Source: Octopus vulgaris (taxonomy: Eukaryota). From it: a stretch of 64,000 nucleotides of DNA. The notes under the pieces were generated by a model that was not told the origin of the DNA, ran no database searches, and worked only from the letters and a program-made list of their open reading frames with translations. The stretch lies in contig OX597816.1 in the NCBI GenBank assembly GCA_951406725.2, positions 64,418,001-64,482,000 on the forward strand. Direction: 5' to 3'. The position numbers were made by a program, and so were the translations under genes. Shown piece by piece: positions 1 through 10,769 of the stretch (position 1 is its first letter; the number at the start of each line of letters is the position of its first letter).

Positions 1-594
1 TCACAGATCTTAGGAAAATTACGCTTCCAGAACATGGTAGCACACTTTCTGAATGTCATCGTAACTTTTCAACTAATTCGGTGACAATGCATTGCAAATG
101 AAATTTTTATACTACTAACTGAATTTGTTTGATTCAGAGAAAATCTAATGTGTGTTAGAAAGTGCTAGTCCTTGAAGTAAAGTAAGCAAATTACATATAT
201 AAATATAAACATATTGATACGTACAATATACACATAAGCTAATGTAGAGAAAGCGAGAAAGATCGTCAGTGAGATAGACAGATAGAAAGATAGATACATA
301 CATACATACATACGTATGCACATAAAAATATAGACACACACCTTAATAGTTTTGGGGAAATTAAAAACATAAAAGAGAACAATACACGTACTTCTATGTA
401 CATTTTTGTTATTTGTAATCGTTAGATACTTACCAGAGTGGGTCAACACCCGAGAGTATCGTGCATAATAGTAGGCATACAATGCACAAATCTCCTCACC
501 CGAATGTCACTTTTGTAATATTCTGCCGTACATATTTATGAGCGTGTGTGCGCGCATTTGTATGTCTATGTATATGTATGATATACACCCCCCC

Positions 595-626
<32 letters not shown>

Positions 627-631
627 GTCAT

Positions 632-955
632 TGTACAGTTTTATTTCAAGATTTCTTGCCAATAGTGAAAGAGCCGGTTACTAACCTAGATTCAAGGCTC
701 CTTCATTGGAATTTCAACGTTAAGAACAGGGTATTTTTCTTTGAATGTATGTGTGTATATGTTCAGATTTGTATTCTCATACCTGCATATCTAGACATGC
801 TCATATATATTTAAGTGATAAACTTCTAGAACGTTTTGAAGATTTTTACTGTTCCAGTGATTGATTGGATCTGTTGTTTTCGAATTAGGTTTCTCCTTTC
901 TGACTTTGAGGAGTCTAATATCTAAAGACTGGTATTTAGACAGTGTCTTACATAT
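632..955 (+). repeat. Unclassified interspersed repeat, copy 1 (inverted partner at 1452-1834)
   Basis: cagttttatttcaagatttcttgccaatag...ccttcattggaatttcaac...gacatgctcatatata...ggattggatctg...tatttagacagtgt matches, with divergence, the reverse complement of 1452-1834. Confidence 0.8.
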
Positions 956-1044
956 CCCAGGGCCCCAATAATGTTTATGTATATTGATATGTTTATGTAT
1001 ATACGTATGTATCTATCTCTTTATGAATGTATGTATGTTTGTTT

Positions 1045-1048
1045 GTGT

Positions 1049-1128
<80 letters not shown>

Positions 1129-1135
1129 ATGTGTT
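1045..1135. repeat. (TG)n microsatellite
   Basis: Direct reading. Confidence 0.95.
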
Positions 1136-1451
1136 TGTATATGCTTGTATAAAATAACACAGAATTTCTTTCCCGCTTTGGCGTTCATTACCGTACTAAA
1201 AATAAATGTACTCGTATTTCCTTATGGCAAAATGTAATTATCTTTCACGATAACACAAAATATTTGGAGAATATATTCGTAGCCATGCAATTACTACCAA
1301 AATGACCCTCCACGTACCATCTAAATTCGTACCACTAAAATTTTGCCACTAAAATTTTGTTGCATTTTTTTGTACAGTTTCATAGTTTCATACTGGCAAA
1401 GCTTGCCTTCTGCATAGGTAAACACAGATGGATATACAGACATACGTGTAA

Positions 1452-1834
1452 CACACTGCCTAAATAGCAATCTTGAGAAATTAAGATTCCCAAAACCAGA
1501 TCCAATCCACTTGAACTATAAACGTATGTAAAACTTTCCAGCAGTTTATCATTTAAGTATATATGAGCATGTCAAGAGAATACATACATAAAACAAAACA
1601 TACAGATCTGCAGATATACACACATACATACATACATACATACATACATACATACATACATACATACATACATACATACATACATACATGCAAACAAACA
1701 AACATATTTACATACATACATACATAGAAAAATAGCCTGTTAATGTTGTTGAAATTCCAATGAAGGATCCTTGGATCAAAGGTAGGAACCCTCTATTTCT
1801 CTATTGGCAAAGAATCTTGAAATAAAACTGAATA
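1452..1834 (-). repeat. Unclassified interspersed repeat, copy 2, with internal (ACAT)n expansion at about 1621-1725
   Basis: Reverse complement reads tattcagttttatttcaagattctttgccaatag...ccttcattggaatttcaac...gacatgctcatatatac...tatttaggcagtgt. Confidence 0.8.
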
Positions 1835-1840
1835 GTGAAA

Positions 1841-2000
<160 letters not shown>

Positions 2001-2342
2001 CATATGATATGTGTGAAGGTGTGAATGTGTATGTGTGTCTATTCACATCAAAACTAAAAGCAAAAACAGAAAAAAAACAGCAAAAGTTAAAAGGATGTAC
2101 AGAGTGACGCTCAGATAATGTTTAAGATCAAAGGAAGACGGAGCATGAAGTGCCGAGAATGGGTCCTCGTTAGAAAGAAGATAAGGAAGAAAGGGGACAG
2201 AGTCCGGAGGGATGGCAAAGAATAGTCACAGAAATACAGGTGTGTTGTTACGTTGGTGAAAATTATCAGACTGGAAATGGAGAGAAAATATTTTTTGAAG
2301 GGAGGAGCGTGTGAAAATGACCAACGTGTGTATGTATGCGTG

Positions 2343-2375
<33 letters not shown>

Positions 2376-2963
2376 CGGTGTGTCTGTGTGTTCGCGCGGT
2401 AGTATATGTGTACATGTGTGTTTGTGTTTATACGATTGATATCTGTCTGAGAGGGCGCAGTAAACGAATTGGTTACAGTAGTCTTAGTGGTCGTGTGACG
2501 GTGATATGTGCGTATGTATGTGTATTGGTGATACCGTGTGTGTACGTATGTTTGTGTGTGTGTATGTGTGTGTATATATATATATATATATACATATACG
2601 CGCAAAACGCCCCCCCCCCCCCCCGTCAAATGGACGGTGGTGAGTTGTCAAACATTTAAACCAAATTTTCTCAAATCCCATAGGCCTCCCCTTTGAGAAA
2701 CACTGATTTAACTTAAATTTCAGACACCAACAAAAGAAGAAATAAAGATAGACTTTTTTCTATTCCAAAGAAAAACGATTTTATTCACACAAATATGCAG
2801 CAGAAGAGTTTAAAGTACTAGTAATGATAAGGGTGTTGACTGGGAGAACACAAACATGGTTTAAACAGTAAGCTTGGCAGGAAACAAACGGCGTTATCGA
2901 TTGCACTCCAACCTGGAATCAACTTTTGTAATTTTTTCAAGACTTATACATGCCCAGATACCG

Positions 2964-3016
2964 TCAGTATCTACATATCAAATTTGAGTGCAAACGGATG
3001 GAGGATGCCCGAGATC
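2964..3016 (-). CDS. Possible terminal coding exon of an unidentified host gene (GSRASSIRLHSNLICRY*)
   Basis: Minus-strand acceptor tgtgtcttctag|GATCTC. Phase-compatible with the candidate exon at 3506-3602. AATAAA about 180 nt downstream (2780-2785). No homology recognised. Confidence 0.2.
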
Positions 3017-3505
3017 CTAGAAGACACACAGACAACGGATTTTATATTATATATATATACGTGTGTACGTGTGTATGTATGTATTATATTTTATCAGTTA
3101 ACTGTTTTGATTATTGGATTGCTGCCATGCTGGGAAACTGGCTTGAAAGCTACTTATTCTAACGGTTTCCTTATGTTTGCAGGAAATGGTTCTCAGACTA
3201 TTTTATGCAGTGGGCTTCCGTGAACTTGCTTTGCGTATATTTGAAACCATTTTCTTTTTCTGTCATGTATTCAATTATTTGCGATTGTAAAAGACTTTGA
3301 GCATCTCATTTAGATATCCTGTGGATACGTATGCAAACGGTAATATCGTATGGTAATAAAACATACCATATTTCCAAAATAATATGCAAATGTTAATAGC
3401 ATTTGCCTTGAAATAATGCATCTTATTGTACTTTACTGGTTTAAATGTCAAGCTACTTTCATCCACACATATTTTCAAACGTTCTCCCTCTCTGATGGAG
3501 CTGAC

Positions 3506-3602
3506 CTTGTTTATTCGAGGACATGAAGGCCAACGCAGACAACAAATGCAGCTCTTTATAAATATCTCTCGGTAGATCATTCAAAAGAAACAAAAAGTCA
3601 TA
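3506..3602 (-). CDS. Possible internal coding exon of an unidentified host gene (YDFLFLLNDLPRDIYKELHLLSALAFMSSNKQ)
   Basis: Minus-strand acceptor tttctgttctttag|TAT and donor CAAG|gtcag. Only one of three frames is open. Sequence is non-repetitive. No homology recognised. Confidence 0.25.
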
Positions 3603-4113
3603 CTAAAGAACAGAAATCAAATTCTGCATTGATAATACGATATGTAATGTGAGATAGGGCGCATATTTGACCTAAACGAATAACTTTGATGGGTCTTCAG
3701 ATAAGATAGCTTCATGAACTCTTAGAGCATTTCCTGCGCTCTTCTGAAATTTTAATATTTACTGAACCCAGTGCAATTCCCAAAGTTGTTCAGGGTTACG
3801 ACAAATACATTTAGACGATTGTTCAAACTAAACGACCATTGCTGAATCACGAAGATGAGATGTCTAATAAATATAAGAGTGTGCTATGGACAATTTCCCA
3901 GGAACAAAACGTTCTGTACTTGACGTATCAGCTTTGTAGTACGAATAATTTTTCAACTGATGTTTAAATAGGTTTCGCAATCTACATACAGGTATATCCA
4001 AGCACGCACATACTCATACATGGACGCATGCATACGTATATCCGCACACATACACAGGCAAAAAAAACACAGACACGCACACACACGCGCACGCACACGT
4101 ACGCACACATGCA

Positions 4114-4400
4114 CTTTTACTCTTTTACTTGTTACAGTCATTTGACTGTGGCCATGCTTGAACATCGCCTTTAGTCGAAGAAATCGACCCCAGGACTTAT
4201 TCTTTGTAAGGCTAGAACTTATTCTATCGGACTTTTTGGGGACCGTGCACACACCAACATTAGTGTCAAGCGATAGTGGCTGGACAAAATTTGACACATA
4301 TATACATATATACATACATGCATACACACACACATATATATATATATATAAATATATAAAATATATATGTGTAAATATATATATATACACACACACACAC

Positions 4401-4458
<58 letters not shown>

Positions 4459-4594
4459 GACGAGCTTCTTTCAGTTTCCGTCTAGAAAATCCACTCATGA
4501 GGCTATAAATAGAAGACACTTGGCCAGGATGCAATGCAGTGGGACTGAACCAGGAAACATGTGTTTGGGAAGCAAGTTTCTAACCGCACAGCCA
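4114..4594 (-). mobile_element. SINE family A (tRNA-like head, internal TA/CA microsatellite, LINE-like 3' stem-loop tail)
   Basis: Reverse complement of the consensus seen at 43103-43620 (ggttcagtcccactgc...ggaaactgaaagaag...aataagtcctggggtcgat...catggccacagtcaaatgactg). Confidence 0.9.
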
Positions 4595-4599
4595 ATATA

Positions 4600-4602
<3 letters not shown>

Positions 4603-4679
<77 letters not shown>

Positions 4680-4690
4680 CGTGTGTGAGT
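4603..4690. repeat. (TG)n microsatellite
   Basis: Direct reading. Confidence 0.95.
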
Positions 4691-4947
4691 GTATGTTTAT
4701 TAAGAGAAATAATTATATATGTAGTAATGGATAAAATATGCATGCGTGTGTGTGTATGCCCGTATATAGGCTTTAGGTATGTCGTATTAATTTATTCGAA
4801 GTCCAAGATGTGAGTACATTCAACGTTCTTTATTCAATTTTTGTTGTATAAGATTATATTAAGTAGTTGTCCTTTACCCTTCATTCATCCATTCATTCAT
4901 CCATCTATCCATCCATCCATCCATCCATCCATCCATCCATCCTTCCA

Positions 4948-5000
<53 letters not shown>

Positions 5001-5004
<4 letters not shown>

Positions 5005-5125
5005 TTTATAGAAGGAGCTTCTACGGGACTAGAACTGTTTCATTCAAATATAAAATAACTTAATTTACTCTGCTATGTATTGAGTACCTTATTAACTGTG
5101 GTTAACCCCGACTCAACCCGGGACC

Positions 5126-5130
<5 letters not shown>
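5001..5130. mobile_element. Short unique-sequence insert between two (TA)n tracts, probable PLE-type fragment
   Basis: About 130 bp non-repetitive block bounded on both sides by pure (TA)n, the same context as other TA-embedded elements in the window. Confidence 0.4.
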
Positions 5131-5170
<40 letters not shown>

Positions 5171-5406
5171 GAAGAGATAGGTAGAAACATATAAATATAT
5201 ATATATAATTATATATGTTTCTACCTATCTCTCCGTCTATCTATGGATATATATGTGTGTGTGTATGTATGTATGTATATATATATATATATATATGTAT
5301 GTAAGTATGTATATATATATAGGTATATAAATAGAGAGATCGACAGACAGATAGACAGACAGACACACAGAAAAGCAGACAGACAGATCGATAGATAGAT
5401 AGACAT

Positions 5407-5449
<43 letters not shown>

Positions 5450-6031
5450 TATAAATAGATATAGATATGTATGTATGCATATCGATAGGCAGAACCATAC
5501 ATTATTATATGTATATTTGTGTGTTTGTGTGTATGTATATGTGTGCGTGTGTTTGTGTGTGTATGGGTGTGTGTGTATTCTGACTGATAGCTGTAGTAAT
5601 GGATATACGAATATATCTATTTTACTTGTGATATACATTGATTTCCCTCGTTTGCTGAACTTTTAATGGAACGACTGAAGAAATACGCTGACGTTATTAT
5701 TTAGGTTATTAGTTTCATTGAAATCGATAAGATGTGTGGTCGACATGAAGATTTTTCTAATTGACGTATATTTACTTTTCCTTTGGGGACTTATTGTATT
5801 GCTACATATAATTTTCTGTATTGCAAAATATAATCACATTTTTTTCTTGGTTACAGGAAAAACGAACATATGGCACTCAATTTTGTACCATATAAAATGG
5901 AGAATCAAACAAAATTTAAATAAAAAATTGGAGCTAATATTTTAAAAAATGTATAAAGATACTGTTGTAGATACTATTCAAAAAAATTGCGTATCTTATG
6001 TGTGTTTAGATATATGTATATACATGCATAT

Positions 6032-6121
<90 letters not shown>

Positions 6122-6525
6122 CACTAACACATATATATATACACACACATATATACATATACATACAAACATAGAGATATACAGACATTAATACACTCAT
6201 ACACGCACACATACACATTCAAATTTACACACACACACACACACAAATACACACTTACACATATCAGCCTCTGCATGTGTATGTACACTTGTAAGATTCT
6301 AAAAGTGTGTGTATGAGAATGAAATATGAGAATTGCGCTTAATATTTATGAAAGGGAAAGAGAATTATAGCGTACTGGTAATATTAATTCCTGTTTTTAA
6401 TGTATATTAATACATATATAAACATATAATGTCTATATATTATTGTGTGTGTATATATGCATGTTTGCGCGCAGGTAAGTATGTATATATGTACTCATAT
6501 GAATGCATATCAACACCCTTGATTC

Positions 6526-7085
6526 TCTTGCTCTGTCTGTCCTTCTCTATACATCGATCAAAGGGGACGACCGCTTGGCTGACCGGTTTGCGGAACACCT
6601 CCGAGGCATCAGACTCGGCAACGACAATCCGGTCTCGCGCAATTTCCGTTCTACCGGTCACTTTTTTTAACACCTCTCTGTGTTCGGATTTTCATGGCAC
6701 AGGGCCACATGGGCTCCCGTCTTTGGCGTGAACAGGGATTAATGTTCTCTCTTCGTTCCTTTGCGCCACATGGGCTCAACCCTCCTCTCCTCATCTTCTA
6801 ACCCGACTTCTCTCTCCTCTCTTCTCAAACGTACTTCTTCCCACTCACCTCTCCTCTCTTGCTCTGACACGTAATTCCCCACTTCACTCCAACCCACCTT
6901 CTCCATCTCACTCTCTCCCTTCATCGTCACCCCTCCATCATTATCCCACCCCTACACATTCCAAACAACCATCCCTATACATCCCATCCCTCCCCCTCAA
7001 TCCCTCACATCCCTCATTAGCTTCCCCCACTTTCGCCTCCCCCACACCCAACACCAACACACCACACCACATCATTCCCACACTA
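6526..7085 (+). mobile_element. Penelope-like element 3' fragment: frameshifted GIY-YIG endonuclease C-terminal half plus pyrimidine-rich 3' region
   Basis: Manual translation: SCSVCPSLYIDQRGR / frameshift at 6571 / RLADRFAEHLRGIRLGNDNPVSRNFRSTGH ... WREQGLMFSLRSFAPHGLNPPLLIF* (TAA 6799-6801). Matches the PLE GIY-YIG pattern CxxC...YIGxTxRxLxxRFxEH...ExxxIxxLxxxxPxGLN. Confidence 0.85.
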
Positions 7086-7139
7086 TATGTGTATGTATAT
7101 ATATATTTATGTGTGTGTGTGTATATATATGTATATACA

Positions 7140-7506
7140 TGTATATATATGTTAACGGCAAAATGTCTGTCTATGTGTGTATCTTTTATGCAAATCCACA
7201 ATTTTTCAGGTAGAGGGCTCGCACTTTCTATGGTCATTCAAAACCGTCCAACGGTGATCGTGCATATCTTTACATTTCCCCAATCAGCCAGCAAAGCCAT
7301 TAAAAAATTCAAAAGAAGTGACTTTTTTGTGAATTTTCTATCCAAAACCCAATCAAAATGCCCGAAACTTGATACGCCAATTGAATGCCAGCTAATAGTA
7401 TGTGATTGGTCGGAGATTTGGACAGTACTCGCTTGTATGTGCGCACACATACAGCTGTATATGCATGCACTAGTACTATAACCCGGCATTGCCGGGCCAT
7501 AGTAGT
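7140..7506 (+). mobile_element. Probable non-autonomous Helitron
   Basis: GC-rich subterminal hairpin cccggca-t-tgccggg (7482-7496) followed within about 10 nt by GTAG|T (variant of the CTAG|T end). 5' part has a tgtctgtc motif. No TIRs seen. Confidence 0.55.
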
Positions 7507-7803
7507 ATATATATATATAACTAAATCAAGGATACAAAAACTCTTAAAGGGATGTCAGTATCCATGTCATATACAGTATGTCAGTGAAAATCCAAAGATG
7601 TCCCCTTCGCATTGGTGGATATTGTTAAACCATATGTTTTTTTTATACATGAGAAAAAGAAAGCTGAGAAACTGGCATATGGGCATCAATTTGTTAGGAC
7701 ACAATACAATTCTCAACAATATCAATCTCAGTTTTACCTGCAACTGTTTCCATGCACAATGAAATCAGTTTCAGAAATTAAATTAAATTAAACTGAATTA
7801 CGT

Positions 7804-8088
7804 AGGCGTAGGAGTGGCTGTGTGGTAAGAAATTTGCTTACCAACCACATGGTTCTGGGTTCAGTCCCACTGCGTGGAACCTTGGGCAAGTGTCTTCTAC
7901 TATAGCCTCGGGCCGGCCAAAGCCTTATGAGTGGATTTGGTGGACGGAAACCGAAAGAAGCCCGTTGTATATATGTATATATGTGTGTATATGTGTGTGT
8001 GTCTGCATGACAACCGATGCCCGAATAAAAGCGGTGCTCCAGCATGGCCACAGTCAGATGACTGAAACCAGTAAAAGAGTGAAAGAGT
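7804..8088 (+). mobile_element. SINE family A, internally deleted copy
   Basis: aggcgtaggagtggctgtgtggtaag (A-box-like), gggttcagtccc (B-box-like), ccttgggcaag, tail ggtgctccagcatggccacagtcagatgactgaaac. Confidence 0.9.
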
Positions 8089-8359
8089 ACGTTTCCATAT
8101 CGAATATCTTTAATTGGGTATTTCATCTGGGGAAGAATTTGATAGAAAAGAGCAACATTCCGATGTGTTGTTTGACCCTTGATTGACTCAAATATGTGCG
8201 ATTCAACAGCGAATGTATTAAAAAAAACGTTACTCATGTATATTTAGATGCAAGCGTGTTTAATGCATTTGTGCGTGTGCGTGTGTAATGTGTTGTAAAA
8301 CAAAAACAAAATATCCATTATAACTCTCAGGAAATTAGTAATAGAAACAATGGGATTAA

Positions 8360-9567
8360 ATGACCCCCCCCGCCCCGTATAAATATAATGAGATTTTTAA
8401 ATTTGAAGATTATAATATAGCTTCTGATAAGAGTGATATTAATTGGCTCATTAATCCATTCGCTAAGAAAATTAAGAACAATGTATTTAGATCTTTATAT
8501 AAACTGTTTTCTAATCATTTTACCAAAGAAAATAGATATTATGATGTAATTAAAGCCAGGTTTCTTCGTGATGCCGTTTCTGTTTCGAAGAATACGTCCC
8601 AGATTATTTCTTCCCTTAACGAGAGGAAATTATCAAAAGTTTTAGAACAATAATTACCTGTTAAAATGCAAAAATTATATTCTAAGAAATAATATTAGGG
8701 AAACATTTATAGATAATTCTGCTAATGTACAAGGGGAAACAACCCATTTTAAATTCCATCATAACCTGAAGAATACTAGTAACGATGTAAATAACAATAT
8801 AATACTCTTAAACATGGAAAAATTCAAGATAACTTATTCCATCTGGTAAAGTACAGAACAAGAACATTTTTTACTGAAAATATTGCAGCTAAGAATAAAA
8901 TTTGAATATTAGAATTATTTGAATTTAATTTACAGAGTAACATTATAATTAAAAAGAAAGGTACCATCAATATGTTAAAATATTGACGCACTAGAATACT
9001 TTAAAAAATGAGAGCCAAAAGTACCAATTTAGCTAAAGTTTTATGCAAAGAAGAATAGTATATATGGTAGGCAAATTCATTAATTATAAACATAGGCATT
9101 GGGTCAAGAATAAAAATGTGAAGACTTCACGATATTTTAGGCAATAACTCAAGCAAATTTTACTGTGAATTTTTTGTTATAGGTAGATTTTACTGTAATA
9201 TATAACTAAGTTTTGCATTATTCGATTTATTGTACTAATTAATTATGTGCTACTCTTACCTATTTTCAAATTTCTAATTATCAATAAATAATTTAAAAAA
9301 TGAATTTTTTTTAATGTGCAAAAGATATTTTAAATGAGTTATTTTAAATTTTTAATAGAAGTAAGAAGTAATAACAAATGAAAGTAATAACTTGTAATAT
9401 AATTTTTAGTTTTAATAAAAGATTAATATTTTCTAAATCTAAATATTTTATTTGAAATTTTATCCTTAGCGGCAATATTTTAAGCAAAAATTTTCTTGGT
9501 CTGTACTTTAACAAATGTAATAACTTGTCCCGTAATTTTCCAGAGAATATTATTTCTCTTTCTTTTG

Positions 9568-9568
<1 letters not shown>
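8360..9568 (+). mobile_element. Decayed Penelope-like element: RT-to-endonuclease linker, GIY-YIG remnants and AT-rich 3' region ending at (TA)n
   Basis: ORF 8360-8653 (INWLINPFAKKIKNNVFRSLYKLFSNHFTKENRYYDVIKARFLRDAVSVSKNTSQIISSLNERKL) aligns by eye with the PLE linker pattern IIWFNPPFSxxVKTNIGxxFLxLIxKHFxxxxxxxxIFNxxxVKVSYSxxxNxxxIISxHNxKxL. Downstream scraps NLIYRVTL, KERYHQ and KSTNLAKVL resemble GIY-YIG motifs. Confidence 0.7.
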
Positions 9569-9629
<61 letters not shown>

Positions 9630-9706
9630 GTATATGTATATGTATATATATATATACAGATATACATATATGTGTATGCATGTATATACATACATATATA
9701 AATACA

Positions 9707-9738
<32 letters not shown>
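9569..9738. repeat. Compound (TA)n/(TATATG)n/(ACAT)n microsatellite
   Basis: Direct reading. Confidence 0.95.
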
Positions 9739-9739
<1 letters not shown>

Positions 9740-10562
9740 CCCAGTCCATCAATTGCTGTTATACATTACCGATCACAATGCACTTCAAAGTCTCTCTTGA
9801 CCAGAAATGGCCTGAACTCTTTGCATGAACACCACCCTGTACATAACTCCATGTCCCCCTACATGGCCTTGCTTTTTGCTTTTTGAGTCAAAAAATTAAC
9901 TTAACTTAACTTAACTGACTAACTTAACTTCCAATACCGTCTTGATTGCGCCAATCTTTTGAATTGTGATACATATTGCTTAACTGAATCGGGTTCCTAT
10001 CGTTGTGGGGACCTTCATAAGGGGTCATTTCCGATCTTATTGATGCCGCTGGGCAAATACGTGGGTCCACCTCGTGCCATGTCCGTCCTGACGGAACTTG
10101 TATATTCGGTACTCTGCGAGTATGTCGTTCCCTCCGTCCTCTCCACGAATTATCTCGGACAAACTGCATTGAACTACATATGTATATATTTATATATATA
10201 GTCGCAGTTCGTCTTTTGAAGTATTTCTGTGTCAGGTGAGAAAAGATTTCTAGCTGCTGTTTAATATACGTTTTAGACACTTCAAGTAAAGTGTTTCGAG
10301 TATTTTGATGTTGAAGTTAGTTGATATTTAGTGATTCGGTTAAGTGTATACTTTAAGGGTGTTTGACTTAGTTAATACATATTCAGAAATGTATGTCGAA
10401 CTCTCAGAATGTTGGCAATAATTAGATTGAGAATTATGTTGTATTATTACTGGAGAAAATGATGTTGTAAAACTTTAAAATGTGTTGCTACTGAGTTAGA
10501 TAACAGTAGATCAGAGACAGGTATGCGTCACGCACGCACACTTATACAAATATAAGCATACG

Positions 10563-10705
10563 TTATTTACATTATTTACATTTGACAGATATTTGTCATC
10601 TTGTTTGTTGTTAACACAAAGTTTCGGCTAATATAACCTCCTGGCTTCATCAGGTGCCTTGGGGAAATTTCGATACTGGGTTCTCATTCGTAAGGTAGTT
10701 TTCGA

Positions 10706-10708
<3 letters not shown>
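10563..10708 (-). mobile_element. Short non-coding element abutting (ATT)n and carrying a hammerhead-like motif
   Basis: Minus strand: (AAT)n-aacatcgaaaac...GGCAC CTGATGA...GAAA...GTGTT...tgtaaataatgtaaataa tandem end. Confidence 0.55.
10613..10658 (-). ncRNA. Candidate minimal type-I hammerhead ribozyme, stem II decayed
   Basis: GGCAC CUGAUGA A GCCAG-GAGGUUAUAU-UAGCC GAAA CU UU GUGUU. Stem I GGCAC/GUGUU pairs (2 G-U) and core words are intact. Stem II has 2 mismatches. Confidence 0.55.

Positions 10709-10768
<60 letters not shown>
10709..10768. repeat. (ATT)n microsatellite
   Basis: Direct reading. Confidence 0.95.
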
Positions 10769-10769
10769 G

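Noticed and set aside
433-522. Strong minus-strand donor CTG|gtaagt at about 433 with a possible acceptor at about 522
   Set aside because: All three frames contain a stop between the sites and the acceptor lacks a pyrimidine tract.
2040-2330. Minus-strand CTAACGA-GGAC and ctgagcgtc reminiscent of the 36256 element
   Set aside because: No GAAA half and the similarity is too short to call homology or a ribozyme.
2610-2706. tttgagaaacactg, a possible hAT terminal repeat
   Set aside because: No matching opposite TIR found.
3183-3290. Textbook plus-strand branch point and acceptor (ctaac...ttgcag)
   Set aside because: No convincing downstream donor, ambiguous frame and no recognisable peptide.
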